From Felis catus (Eukaryota): a stretch of 64,000 nucleotides of DNA. Location: positions 147,252,001 through 147,316,000 of the forward strand of contig NC_058368.1 of assembly GCF_018350175.1 (NCBI RefSeq), in the 5' to 3' direction. This document shows positions 1 through 13,015 of this stretch, in pieces; the first letter of the stretch is position 1; each line of letters starts with the position of its first letter. A model generated the notes under the pieces. That model did no database searches, had not been told where the DNA came from, and saw only the letters and a list, made by a program, of their open reading frames with translations. Made by a program: the position numbers and the translations under genes.

Positions 1-189
1 AAATGTCAATAATATTGCATACTGGAAAATGTAACAGTGTATTATACAGCCCCAGTCTATGGCAAAATTTAAGTGAAAAAAGTTATAATGTTACTGAAAT
101 TCACTGGCAAAAAACAAATATTTATGATCCTAGTGGAATCCACTTCAAACCAGTTTCCAAATCTGAACACTGTTTAGTTCTTCCCATGT

Positions 190-660
190 CCTCAATACCA
201 CCTCAGTCCAAGCCACCATCATCTCCCAGCTGGTCTCAGCTGTTCCACTCTTGCCTCCAACACAGCCTGTTCATCAACAGCCAGAGGTACTCTCCAAACA
301 GAAGTTAGTTAGCATACTTTTTATTGCTCTTCACCCTCCAAAGATGCCCTTTCACAATTATAAATAAAGTAAAAAGTCCTTCCTCTGGCTTATCAGGCCC
401 TACATAATCTGACCCTTGACTACCTCTCAGGCCTCTTTTCCACCCGTCTCCTCATTGTTCACCATACTCCAGGTATATACCCTTCTTAAGACTCTAGCAT
501 TTACTATTCTCTGTTAACTTGCCTAACCCCCTAACTTCATTTACAGCCTCCACAGAAAAGTTAGCTGCTGGGAGAAAACTTCCTTGGCCATGCTTTAAAA
601 TAGCACTCAAACACCTCTGCTCTTTGTCTTTATCCTTATAATATGCATCAATACTTGATA
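190..660 (+). mobile_element. Ancient L2 LINE 3' region fragment
   Basis: Degenerate L2-like motifs (gtccaagccaccatcatctc; ggccctacataatctgaccc). It appears to resume at about 1450 after an L1 insertion. Confidence 0.55.
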
Positions 661-682
661 TTATATAGTGCTACATTAATCA

Positions 683-1430
683 TTTTAATTGAAATTTTTG
701 TTGACATAATTGTAAATTCACATCCATTTGTAAAAAAAAAAAAAAGAAAGAAAAAGAAAAAATACAAAGAAATCCCACGTACATTTTACCCAGTTCCTCT
801 CAATGGTTAATGGTTAACATTTTGCAAAACCATAATATAAAATCACAACTAAAATATTGACATTACTACATCAGTCTTATCCCTATTTCTCCAGTTTTGC
901 TTCTACTCATTTGTTTAAGTGTAAGTAATTCTATACAGTTTTATCACATATGTAAGTTTGTGCATCTATCATCCCAGTCAACATACTAAAGAGTTCCAAA
1001 AACCACGAAAATACCTCATATCCTTTTATAAGCACATCCATCCCCCTCCCTTCTTCTCTAACACTTGAAAACTACTAGTCTGTCCTTTGTTTCTAAATGC
1101 TTGCTATTTCACAAAGGTTATATAATTAGAATCATCTAGTATGTATTCTCTTGGGACTGGCATTTTTTCACTCAGCTTAATTTCCTGGAGATTTATCTAA
1201 GTTATTGGATGTGTCCGCAGTTGCTTCCCCTTTATTGCTGAGTAATGTATGTACCACTGTTGGTTTAACCATTCACCTGTTGAAGAACATCTTGGCTGAT
1301 CCTATTTTTAGCTATTATCCATAAAGCTCCTAAGAACAACCACTTATATATTTTTGTGTGAACTCAAGTTTTCATTTCTCTGGGATAAATGCCCAAGAGG
1401 GCAATTGCTTGGCTATATGGTAAATGTATG
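683..1430 (-). mobile_element. Old L1M-type LINE-1 3' end fragment
   Basis: A T-rich start, then ttttacccagttcc...aacattttgcaaaac, ttaaccattcacctgttgaagaacatcttgg and ctgggataaatgcccaagag, all typical of antisense L1M 3' ends. Confidence 0.8.
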
Positions 1431-1449
1431 TACCATAGTTTTTATTACC

Positions 1450-1580
1450 CATTTCCCCATTAGAATGGAAGTCCTATGATACCAGCGACTTGGTTGTTTT
1501 GGATGAGTGCTGTATCCTAGTGTCCGTAACAGTGCTTGGCACAGAGCAAGGAGTTAACATATATCTGTTGGATGAGTAGG
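1450..1580 (+). mobile_element. L2 LINE 3' terminus
   Basis: tagaatggaagtcc...tgctgtatcctagtg...acagtgcttggcacagag...tatctgttggatgagt resembles the L2 end. Confidence 0.7.
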
Positions 1581-2630
1581 CTTCAGAGCCTTATGGAGCC
1601 AATGTGCACAGATGCTATTGCTTTTATAACTGATTAAAGCCAAATGAGTCTGCAAAAAGTCTCTCTGGGAAAAATGGTAGAGATGAGAATAAGAGAGGTA
1701 TGGCTATGGTGTCCCCTCAGGTGCCAGTTTGACCCTGAATGAAAGAGCTGTTAGGCTGAGCAGCTGTGTGTATAAAAGGATGTGTGAGTCTCTGAAAAAA
1801 AGTCACATGACTTTCCAGCCCCAAGGAACACAGAGTATCCCAATGTCATCAAAATGGCTGATATAGCCTCAGACCATGCACAGTTTCAAGGGCCTGGAGG
1901 GCCACCAGCAGAGGACAGAGTAGCCTACTTGTTAACAGTATTTTCAAGATGGGACCAAGCAGCAGAGTCAGGGAGCTTATATACTTTCCTAAGCACATGT
2001 TGGCAACCTGGCAAAATAATAAGTAAGCTCCCCCCAAAATATTTATTAAATGTTTAAATAAATAAATTACTTCTTGACAGGATTGGGTAAAGCTTCAGGG
2101 GAGAATGAGGCCTTACATGGGTCACTGGGATGGACAATGATAGTTTACAGGACAGGAATGTGGAAATCAATGTTAAGAGCCCAAGGTGAGAAACCTGTTA
2201 CATGCAAAAAAACATATTTTAAACTGTATTTGTGGTACCACCTATATTCCTGGACATCCTTTATATAATCATGAATGAATCAGTTCTAGAAGGTCAGGCC
2301 TATTAGTATAAACACAACACTTTCATGTGTATAATTTTCTAGCAAAATTTGTTTAACATCTTTTTTGTCGAGATTTGTTTTCTTGACAAATTTCTTTTAA
2401 TAAGCAATGGGAAAAATGTTTAACTGTTATTAAAAGTGGCAATTTTCAAATATTTTGAGTTTGTGAATATGCAAATATCTCATTGCAAAAATCACAAATT
2501 ATGTCTATATTTGAATAGTATAAATATCCATTATACGTATCTCAGTGCTCTTTGTAAGGCTCCTGCAAAGGATGAAAACACAAAAATTAAAATGCCTTGG
2601 AACTCTGATAGATTAAGGGCTAACATATTT

Positions 2631-2844
2631 AAAAATTTTTTTAATGTTTATTTATTTTTGAGACAGAGAGACAGAGCATGAACGGGGGGAGGGTCAGAGA
2701 GAGAAGGAGACACGGAATGTGAAGCAGGCTCCAGGCACCGAGCTGCCAGCACAGAACCTGATGCGGGGCTCGAACTCACGGACTGTGAGATCATGACCTA
2801 AGCCGAAGTCGAACGCTTAACTGACTGAGCCACCCAGGAGCCCC
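2631..2844 (-). mobile_element. Feliform Can-SINE (SINEC_Fc-type)
   Basis: T-rich tail, (GA)-rich segment and tRNA-derived head ending ccacccaggagcccc. TSD aggg(c/g)taacatattt at 2616-2630 and 2852-2866. Confidence 0.95.
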
Positions 2845-3076
2845 TGGGTGGAGGGGTAACATATTTTACAAACAATAAGCCAATATCTTTCTCTGGACTG
2901 ATTCTTTCAATCAGTTCTTGCTGTAAATGGTTGAAAATGACAAAATTCAATAAGGTTGCATGATTATACATTTAGTGTGGGATTATGTTTGTGTACCCTA
3001 AGCTTGGCTTCTTTTTAAGTATTTTTCTGCTTAGTTTCTTAAAGGTATAGTAATTCCTCACAATATGGTTCTAGAA

Positions 3077-3247
3077 CACTGATTCCCAACCTTGGCTGTA
3101 CATTAGAATAATCTGGGGAGATTTTAAAACTCTTAACGCCATATTCCAGACCAATTAAATCATAGTCTCTGGGGTGGGAGCCAGGCATCCGTATTTTTCA
3201 TAGGTCCTCAAGTGATTCTAATGTGCAGCCACAGTTGAGAATCAGTG
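3077..3247. mobile_element. MER5A-type hAT-Charlie non-autonomous DNA transposon
   Basis: TIRs cactgattcccaac / gttgagaatcagtg. 8-bp TSD ttc(t/c)agaa at 3069-3076 and 3248-3255. Confidence 0.85.
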
Positions 3248-3995
3248 TTCCAGAATAATTTGCATCAGTTTCAGGAGGGTGCTTATTAACAGACCTGGAT
3301 CCACAATTATATATATTAAATTGGAATATCTATGGATAAGCAAGAGAAATCTGAATATTTATCTGTAGTCCCAGCTGTACAGTAAGTTTGAGAACCTTTG
3401 GCTTACACAGTTAAGGTGCCCAACACTGACCTGTAAAGTCACTGGTGAGCAGTAGAGTTAGAAATTTCAACCCACAGTCAGAAAATCTTTTGGAGTTTGA
3501 AACAAGTCTATTTTGGAAGTCTCTTTAGAGGTCTTGATTTAGCTAGTGTAGTTACATGGCTTGCAGGTGTCAGTAATAACTCCAGGTAAAGTTTCCGCAC
3601 AGTTTTCAAGTAAATACTTTATTAGGGCAAACTGATCCTTCAGTGGAAAGTTAAAGTAAAGAGGCCATTAAGCTAAAAGTAGAAAGAGTAATTTTTAAAA
3701 ATAATAATTAATTATAAGAATCAGGGATGTTAAGACAAGAATTCTTACAGAAAAGCATAAAGCTGTGAATTGAGCTCCCCGTTGGCCCCCACTCATTTTT
3801 TTCCTTAAAAAAATTACAATTAAAATGTTTTTAGAGAAAGGGAAAAATTAAAGATCAATGGGAATCCCCATTATATTTAAAATTATTAGACCATCAGGGA
3901 TAATTAACCCTTTAAAATATGTAAAGTATGTTTTCAAACCTCTCATCTAACACTAACAAGTATCCTGTTTAGGGAAGCAGGACAAAGGATTATTA

Positions 3996-4200
3996 CTTTT
4001 TTTGTATGTAATGTTTTACTTCAAGCTTTAATTTAAATTCTAGTCAGTTGACATAGATGGTAAAGTTGGCTTCAGGTGTAGAATTTAGTGATTCATCACT
4101 TACATATAACACCCAGCACTCATCCCAACAAGTGCCCTCCTTAATATCCATCGCTGACTTAGCCCATCCTCCACCCATCTCCCTCCATCAACCCTCAGTT
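3996..4200 (-). mobile_element. 5'-truncated carnivore L1 3' end
   Basis: Contains aacacccagcactcatcccaacaagtgccctcc...catcaaccctcagtt. Perfect 17-bp TSD aggacaaaggattatta at 3979-3995 and 4201-4217. Confidence 0.92.
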
Positions 4201-4710
4201 AGGACAAAGGATTATTAATTCCAGTTTTTATAGACATGTTATTTCTAGCACATAACACAGTGTGAAGTTCTGAGTGTTTGTTAAACTGAATTATCGGACA
4301 GAAATTTTGAAGCACAGAACCATTAAGTGCTAATTGATCATTCACCAATTGGGCTAGAGACAGCTGCATTAAAAACCCTGGCCTAATCCAGAAGTCTCCC
4401 CTAATGGCAGGCTTCCCCCAGTGAAAACTGGAGAGCAAAGGCCATTCTTTGAGTTGTCCTTAGCCTGGTACACCCACAAACCATATGGATGCTTTTAACT
4501 ATGTTGAGGGTACTGACCAAAGATTTTGATGCAATGGAGAGACGTGGGACCAGAGTCTGTATGTTTACTAAGCACCACATAACACAGATAACATGTAATT
4601 GCCAAATATGTTATTAACCCAATTACACATGATCCTCAAAATGGAAAATATCATTGGCTCACTCTGAGAAAAGGGAAATATTTGAGTTACAAAAGTAAAA
4701 TGACTCATAG

Positions 4711-4962
<252 letters not shown>

Positions 4963-5749
4963 TAGAATTAATACTATTCATAAAGTCATAATAAATATCT
5001 GATACGAGTCAAAAAATAAAAATAAATAAATATTTGTTGAATGTATGAATCCATTAATCAATAGTGCAAAATTAAGAGCAAACTGGTTTCAAATAGTTAG
5101 CATAACATATAAGGAGGAAAGTTTTAGATTCTGTGTTTTTCTGGCCAACTTCTTCAGTGGGAAAAGGGACTAGAGAGCTTATTGTCTTCAGCTAATCTGA
5201 TAACATGGGCTATTTCTTTAAACCAGTCCTTTTTCTTTCAGGGCTTGGTGAACACCTAGATCAGCTCTCCTTCCTCAAAGAATAAGAACCACAAAAATTT
5301 ATGCTTAACAGGAATTGAAGGCTGGGAGCTGTGCACACATAGGGAACAATGCACAGAATGCCTTCAGGGGTAAGGAGTTCTGGGAATGAAGAAATCGTCC
5401 TTCCCTAAGGCATTAGATTTGTTACTAGGCAACAAAGAAAATATGATTACTTCTAGTCAGCCCAAAATGAGGCTCCCAGAAGAAAACTGTGTACTTAAAA
5501 ATTCCTTTCAAAAGTCTAACCTTTAGACAATTTTGGTGCTCAATTCACCCTATAATTTACATTTTATAATGTATACACACATATACAAGCATGTATATAC
5601 ATATGTATACATATATGTACATGTGTGTATTTCACATTATTCTATGGAATTTTAAGAGCATGTATAATTTGGTAATTCTATATAAAAATACTAATTATTA
5701 TTAGTCTTATAAAATTATAACCTCTACTACTGTCATGATAAAAAAATTC

Positions 5750-6892
5750 ACACATGATGGCTAAAATCCAAAACACTAAAGTAACAAATGCTGGTGGGGT
5801 TACAGAACATTGGAACTCTCATCCATCACAGGTAAGTGTGCAAAATGGTACAACCACTGTGGAAGGCGGTTGGAAGTTTCTTACTTTTTTTAAAAGTGTT
5901 TATTTATTTATTTTGACACAGAGAGGGAGAGGGTGTGCATGCAAACAGGGGAGGGGCAGAGAGAGTGGGAGCATGCATGCATGCAGGAGAGGGGCGGGGG
6001 GGGGGGAATCTTGAACAGGCTCCACACACTCAGCACAAAGCCTGAAACAGGGCTTGATCTAATGAACCATGAGATCATGGCCTAAGTTGAAATCAAGAGT
6101 CATGCTTAACTGACTGAGCCACCCAGGTGGCCCTGAGGTTTCTTACTCTTACATGCACTCTTACAAAATGACACAGCAATTGAACTCTTAGCTATTTACT
6201 CTGTAAGTTTAAGACTGTCACACAAGACAAAAGAAAAAGCTGCACATGAATGTTTATAGCAGCACTATTTATAACTGCCAGAAAGTTGAAAACAACTAAG
6301 GTGTTCTTTAATAGGTGAATGAATAAACAAACAGTGATACATCTATAAAATGCAATACTATTCAGTGTTTTTTTTTTTAAGCCATTAAGACATGGAGGAA
6401 CCTTACATATATATTGCTAAGTGAAAGAAGTTAGCCAGAAAAGGCTGCACACTATATTATTCCAGACACATACACTGCAGGATTCCAACTACATGACATT
6501 CTGGAAAAGGCAAAACTATACAGACAAAGATAAAAAAAAAAAATCAGTGCTTGCCAGGGATTTGGCAAAAGAAGAAGGGATGACTAGACAGAGCACAGAA
6601 GATTTTTAGGTCAGTGAAACCATTTACGAGGCCATGGTAGACATGATATTATGTATTTTTCAAAATCCATAGGGCTGTGTAATACAAAAAGTGAACCCTA
6701 ATATAAACTATGGATGTCAGTTCAAAATAATCAATACTGTTTTATCAGTTATGAGAAATATGCCCTACTAATACGAATGCTAGTAATAGGGGCAACAATA
6801 CAGGCAGGTAGAGGGATAAATGGGAACTCACTGCTCAATTTCTCTGTAAACCTGAAACTGCTCTAAAATCTAAAATCCATTTATTAAAAAAT
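5750..6892 (+). mobile_element. L1MC-type LINE-1 3' fragment, interrupted by a SINE
   Basis: Runs atggctaaaatccaaaacact...gcaaaatggtacaaccact...gaatgtttatagcagc...ctgtaaacctgaaactgctctaaaa into an A-rich end. Confidence 0.85.
5885..6133 (-). mobile_element. Can-SINE nested in L1MC
   Basis: Tail plus head ...ttaactgactgagccacccaggtggccc. Degenerate TSD ending tttcttact on both sides. Confidence 0.9.
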
Positions 6893-7274
6893 CATATGTA
6901 GATAATATTAATTCTGTCACTGGAAACACTTTTTTCTAATTTGTAACATATTGACAAAATAGTTGTTAAAGTCTATTAATTATGTATTTATCATTCCTGT
7001 ATCATGAAACTTAAATTTCTTTAGCTATATTCCAAAAGATATTTAATTCACATTCTGCCATATTGAACTAAATTAATAAGCTCCCCTTTTATGGCTATCT
7101 GAAGAAATTTTCAATCCTTTTTCCAAATGAAATGTTAATATTTTATTGGTACGTTTCTTATTTTCATTGACTTTCAATATCGTCTTGATTTGCAAAAACA
7201 ATAAGTATTTTTGCCTCTAATGTGGTGTTATATAACTGAATGCCAATTACTTTTAGCTACTGAAAGTCTTGTGC

Positions 7275-7430
7275 AGAATTTCTCAAACTTCAGTGTGTAT
7301 GTGGGTGTCTACTGGGGATCATTTTGAAAAAACAGACTTCTGACTTAGTTAAGCGGTCCTGACAATCTACATTTCTAACAAGCTTCCAGGAAATTCTGAT
7401 GCATGAGCCCACACTTTGAGCAGCAAGGCT
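7275..7430. mobile_element. MER5-type DNA transposon fragment
   Basis: ttctcaaactt...tctacatttctaacaagcttccagg...ctgatgc...ccacactttgagcagca. Confidence 0.7.
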
Positions 7431-10097
7431 CTAGAGCACATCTGGGCCATGAAACTATTGCCATTGTGAAAAATAAACCCAGATACCCAGCAGTTCTTAC
7501 AAGGGATTAAATTGCTGCTTTTTGTTTGTTTGTTTGTTTGTTTGTTTGTTTTTCCCCTATCTGAAAAAGCTCCCAGGGAACCCAAAACTTCTAAATCTAC
7601 TTTTCCAATATATAATCCTTTTCAATTTCATCTATGAAGAGAATGGCTTGATAACCTTTGTACAGTAAGCAACCTACCCATTTAGTCAAAATACTCTCCT
7701 AGCTTGCATGAACCGAAGATCATCTGTTTCTAGTTCAATTACTTGATTTATATATCTTCAATCGCAGAAAGATCAAACAACTGGCTCAAGGTCACTTAAC
7801 CAATAACTGCAAAGGTCACATCTAAATCCAGGTCTCTGAATCCAAATCTAGTCCTTTTCCCTCCATTCTCTGTTGTTTCTGACAATGATGCACTTCAAAG
7901 AATAGTGACTAGTTTGTTGAGACCACAAAATCCCAATTCTGAATTGAAAATCTCAGCCACAGGCTTGCCAGTGCAATTCCTAACATGGATTTAAAGTCTT
8001 GTTTGGAACCAGGTACAATAAGGGAGAGAATTTCTTTGTGCTTCAAAATAAGCCCTGGAATTCAAAGAAATTATGTGGATTAATGAGCTTATTTGAATAC
8101 AGTGTAAGGTAGGAGAGAAAAGGCTTGGATGTTCCACCATGGAGAATGGAAGCAAGAATAGTTTGCTTTATTTCTCAAAACCGGATGGTTCTCTTGAAAG
8201 AATTCATAGCTAACCATGTATGGGAGTCAGAAGCAGGTGGACACTTCTCCAGGACCCTGTCCAGGGCAACCTCCCTTATACTGGGACCAGATGTCTTCAA
8301 TGGAACTTCCAAGCTATTAAAGGTAATTGAAACTAAATTTTTCTTCACAATATGAAGAAAACAAGATGACCCAGAGATGTGAAAAAATTTTATGCCATTG
8401 TATAGATATTATTAGTTGGAGCTTATATTTAGACTCTCTCGACCTCTGGTTTAAGGACCAGCCACAACTTCACACTGATATCAGCAGTAGGTTAGGGTTA
8501 GAGACTTCATCAATACGAAATATTTAAGTGACATTAGGGTCCACATATGCCTTCTAAATACAGTAAGAATCCTTGTATACTCTTACCCTCTCCCTCCTCG
8601 AGCCCTGCAGCATAGAAAAGAAAAAGGAAGGGTGATCTGACCTTGGGAGAAATTCCTGCCTCTGAACATTTGACAGCATCCCATTATGAAAATTCTGTTC
8701 TCATTTCAAGGGAAGATTCCTCTGTAAGTGTGTGTTTGGATGTAAGTGGCTCAACTGAGGTGCTCAAGTGGGTGACCAGACTGTCTTCCTCTAGGCCCTG
8801 ATGACACCATATCACAAATATTTGTAAACAAGGAAGATTAGTAATGTTCTCTTTATGGGATTAAGTGAATGTCAAAGCAGCCAAGACTTTGGGCTCCCAT
8901 GTCTGTCTATCTGGGGATGTTCTGAGGTGTTCATGTGTGAATGCTGAGCAATAATGCTATAATAAGGGAGAATCAGCCTTGGCAATTCTGGACCCAGTCT
9001 GAGAAAAATCAGTAACCTCTCAGTTCCTTGTGGGTGATCTGAGCTCTGAGAGATAATTATAGGCAGTTTAGGTGCCTGTTGTAAAGAGCACAAATGCTAC
9101 CGTACTATAACCGTCTTGCACAGAACTTATACTATAAATTCCCAGTCACGGCAAGTCTCCAGAAAAGTACATTCTTCCCCCACAGTCGCAGAGCCAGGAG
9201 GCATTCTATGTTGTTTGCTGGTGGTTGGAAATCTGGCTCTAGATGACATATCCAGCTTTGCCTTACTCATTCCTAACACCATGGTCTTAACCATCACTCA
9301 AACAATTAGGGCTCATGTATTCATTCCCCACTCTTACTACCAGGTACCATTCTTGCATTCCCCTCCCTCTGATCAAAATCCTCTCCCTCTTCCAAGACTC
9401 AGCTCACATGGGACATCCTCCATAAGATCCTGCCCTGACAGCATCCCATCCACTGTGGCTTCCCTGCTTGCTGCACCCCTACCACAGATAAGGACCCCCA
9501 ACCACTCACTTGGAATTTCTGTTGAGCCACACTTCTAAGAAGACAGCATCACGAGCAGTCCTATTTTGTTTAACTTCCCAGGATAAATAAGAATGGGGAT
9601 AAAAGAGAGAAGTGCAGATAATACATTTATTGAACTTTCAAAGATTTTTGTGCTAAAAATGCCAACATTGGAAGCAGGAGGAAACTGGATTGCTGAGAGG
9701 GCTGGGTGGGCAGTTTTCTTTTATGAGTGTATCTCTGAACCTAATCAACAGAATAATATCTGGGAAGCATGAAGAATATAGCTTCAGGACAAGTGTGAAA
9801 GAAAGAGGCAGATAGTTTAAAATAAAAGGCAACACTTTGCAAGTGTGGCTGGACAATATTGAAAAAGGCTGACACCATGAAGCTATTAGCCCATATACCA
9901 CTGGGAGGGTTGAGACATAGTCCAGGAGTCCTCAGCAGGAGATGTGGTATAGTCAGTGGGAGAGAGGTGGCATTATTCAACTCTCAGGGTTCTCTGTTGC
10001 TGGAAGCTTCTATCAGTCTACTACCAATAAGAATGATAATGACTTGCATACTTTGCAATCAATAATAATAAAAGCACAATGACTGGGGATGACTTAC

Positions 10098-10226
10098 TGT
10101 GCTGACAGTGAATCCCATTAAATCCTCGAGGACATTTACAAACATAACCTATGAACGTGTCCCCTCGGTAAGCCTCACTGATTTCGCAGGTTCCTCCATT
10201 ATGGCATGGGTTAGGAATGCAGGGAC
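10098..10226 (-). CDS. EDIL3: EDIL3 (Del-1) internal coding exon, 129 nt, second EGF-like domain with RGD motif (probably exon 4)
   Basis: The minus strand encodes (G)[42 protein letters not shown](N), matching recalled mammalian EDIL3 EGF2, with 6 Cys and RGD at 10159-10167. Acceptor is T20-CTGCCTTTCAG| (AG at 10228-10227) and donor is |GTAAGTC (GT at 10097-10096). Phase 1-1, length divisible by 3. Confidence 0.98.
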
Positions 10227-10319
10227 CTGAAAGGCAGAAAAAAAAAAAAAAAAAAAACAATTGCTGCATGATACATATGCTTTAAAGTAGATACTAGGCC
10301 AACATTTTGCAATTAACAG

Positions 10320-10468
10320 TCTTATAGATATTGCATACATATTTATAGATATTTATAAATATTTATAGATATTTATAGATATCTATAGCTATAATATAGA
10401 TATAACCTATATCTATATCTAATATAATCTATATCTATAATATCATATTTATAGATATTTATATTTCT
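10320..10468. repeat. AT-rich degenerate tandem repeat (atatttatagat-like units)
   Basis: Several direct copies of atatttatag plus inverted copies (ctatatctat). Confidence 0.8.
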
Positions 10469-10489
10469 GAATATTCTTGGTATAGGAAA

Positions 10490-10700
10490 TAGAGTTGTTA
10501 TATGGGCTCTAATAGCCTGGGATTGAATCCTGGTTTCGCCACCTTCTAACCATGTGGCCTTGGAGGATTTAGCTAACCTCTCTGTACCTCATTGTCACCC
10601 TGTGTTAAATGTTGGAATTATTAGAATCTATCTCAAAAGGTGATGATACAGATGAAAAAGAATTTGTATGTATCAAACACCCAGAAAAATGCTTGTCATT
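10490..10700 (+). mobile_element. MIR SINE
   Basis: gcctgggattgaatcctggtttcgccac...tgtggccttgg...taacctctctgtacctca is the MIR core. Confidence 0.75.
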
Positions 10701-11105
10701 TATTAAGGGGTCAAAAACAATATTAGCACTAAGTAAAATATCGGTATTAAGGTTTCCAAATTGTAAAATATCTTCTGGATGTTTAAAAAGTAATACTGAA
10801 TGGCAATTTCTGGAGTTATTAACACTGAAGAGCTTTTGTAAACCTGCAGGTGAAAATAGCATATACTTACAAATGACCGTAGCCACATAGTCCAAGGTAC
10901 TATGGACACCTGGCTGCAATACCTTTACTGACTATTTAGGAGTTTGTGGTGAGGCAGGCTTCTACAAATCACAATTTTTACCAGTCTATAAGAAGTAGCT
11001 CATCAAAAGTTACAAATATAGGGGGAAAAGGGCTGATAGTCATTTTTAAGCTTTGAGAAAGTGACTTTACCAAAGTTACTGGTACCTGTTAACAGGCACT
11101 AGAAG

Positions 11106-11466
11106 TGTGGTGTCTGATCTCCCTTGGAGAAAAGCAGCTATTAGCACTATGAAGGTATGGACCTGGGCCAGTCCTGCCTAACTCAGGGCTCCTCTAGTGC
11201 ACATTCTCTACTCTGGGGTGCCCCTTTGGTATGGTTGAGATTTTCTCAAGTGGCACAGCAGTCCCAGGCTTTTTTAATAGATCTTCCTTCCTTCCTTTCT
11301 TTTCTCTTTCGGAGTGACAGGTTTGTGTCACAGTCTGAAGGCTAATCCTACCTACTCTTGCTTCTTTCACCCTTTGTCCATCACAGACATTCTCACCCAA
11401 TAAATCTTTTGTACCTCTAATTTTGTCTTATGGTTTGCTTCTTTGGAAGTGATGCTAATTGACCCA
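11106..11466 (+). mobile_element. ERVL LTR16-like solo LTR
   Basis: The end aataaatcttttgtacctctaattttgtctt...tgcttctttggaag...aattgaccca resembles the recalled LTR16 terminus. Confidence 0.55.
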
Positions 11467-12950
11467 GGGCAGAATACAGCCTAGGAATAGTGAAGAAGGG
11501 AAGAGAGACGTTGAAGGAACTATCAACTCTCACTGCGAGATGAAGAAAGGCCAAGGAAAAATATATAGTAGTCTCTAATTTTGTGTTTTTAAATTTTGTT
11601 TAACTAAAAAGACTAGAACACATGAGTGAAAGAAAAACCACCAAAGAGAAAGTTAAGACGTTCAGATTAGAACAGAAAGAAGATTAATTAAACAGCGTGA
11701 CTATGTATGACAAAGTAAATGCCTGAGTCCCGGAGGAAGATTAGTCAAGAAAAGGAGCATGTGGTTTCAGTAGAGAGTAGAGAGGAGGCAACAGGGTTGG
11801 TCACAAGAATAGTGATAACTTGAAGCAATTGGGAGAGAGCTCCATTAGGCTAGGCTGTTGGAAGAGTCCAACAGTGAATGGCTCCTCAAGCATGGGACAA
11901 AGTCATTTAGAGACTTACAGATAGAAAAGGAAATTCACCATCATCACTTTGAGCTTCCAACAGGAAACACTTAGGGGTTGAGAAACATTGTCTTGCATGG
12001 AGGCAAGACTAAAATTTAATTGCTTTCTCCAGCAACTGTCTTTGAAACTCAGTTTCTTTCAGTTTAAAATTTCATGAAATTCAACAGTTGTGGAATCTAA
12101 CGAGAATATGCACAAAATACAACACCTTGTGGTAACTCTGGATCATGTTGATAGGGTTAACTTTCAAAAAGTGAAAAGAAATTAGTATATCTGTGATTTT
12201 TCTCCAGATACCTTCACATCAATTAAAAACAATGCATTTATTTAAGTAGGTAGTTTTGTGCAGTGTGGTATATTAATTAAACTAACCCACACCTGCCAGT
12301 TGGTACACTGCCAATGTTTAAGACAGGAAGAAAGAACTGCACCAATGATCTGTTTTGTAGCAAATGGAATCAGGTTTCTTCCATTGCTAAAATATGCAAA
12401 TCATGTCACAGAACCTCCTCTTTCTCAGTTTTTCCTTCTTCCCTCTCCCAAAATAATTCACGTTTGATGGTACCTTACACTTTATAAATTCTTTTCACAT
12501 ATATAATCGCTTTATTTCTCTTAGCTACTCCATGAGGTCACTGTCATTACCATTAGCCTTAAAAAAAAAGGTAGGGCACAAATATCAGATAATGTTTCCC
12601 AAATGAACCTCTATGAGTGATGCCTATAGGTCTCAAACTAAGAGTCTGTGATCCCGAAACCTACATTTTTTTAGAGACTGAAAAGTTGGGGAAGGGAGAA
12701 TGAAAAAAAAATTGATTTAGAATTTTGATTCATCAGTTCACTTCAAAATAAGAAAAGCCATGACAGTTTTTTTATTAACTGATAAGTGTTAGCCATGCAT
12801 ATAACTGCTAGAGAAAAAAAAATATGTAAGTAATTACACTCAATGAATTATATAATTTTAAATAAGGAGCCTTGGAAATAACCTAATCCAATCTTTCAAT
12901 TTTGCAGATGAGGAAACAAAGCCTAATAAGAATTCAGTCATTTTTCAAAC

Positions 12951-13015
12951 TAAAAACAAAACAAAACAAAACAAACAAACAAACAAAACCAAAAAACAAA
13001 AAAAAACAAAAAAAC
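12951..13015. repeat. (CAAAA)n/(CAAA)n simple repeat
   Basis: Directly visible. Confidence 0.9.

Noticed and set aside
8250..8340. ILGPDVFN resembling the CR1 reverse-transcriptase motif GSVLGPVLFN
   Set aside because: The match is too short and lacks the flanking PQG and ADD motifs, so it cannot be supported without an HMM search.
9116..9538. 140-aa ORF, and similar ORFs at 10609, 43659, 43715 and 57075
   Set aside because: No recognisable domains. Many start at non-ATG codons or overlap repeats and simple repeats, as expected for chance intronic ORFs.
10021..10269. 82-aa ORF as a stand-alone gene
   Set aside because: Only 10098-10226 is coding. The poly-Phe start is the translated T20 acceptor tract and the C-terminus is intron read-through.
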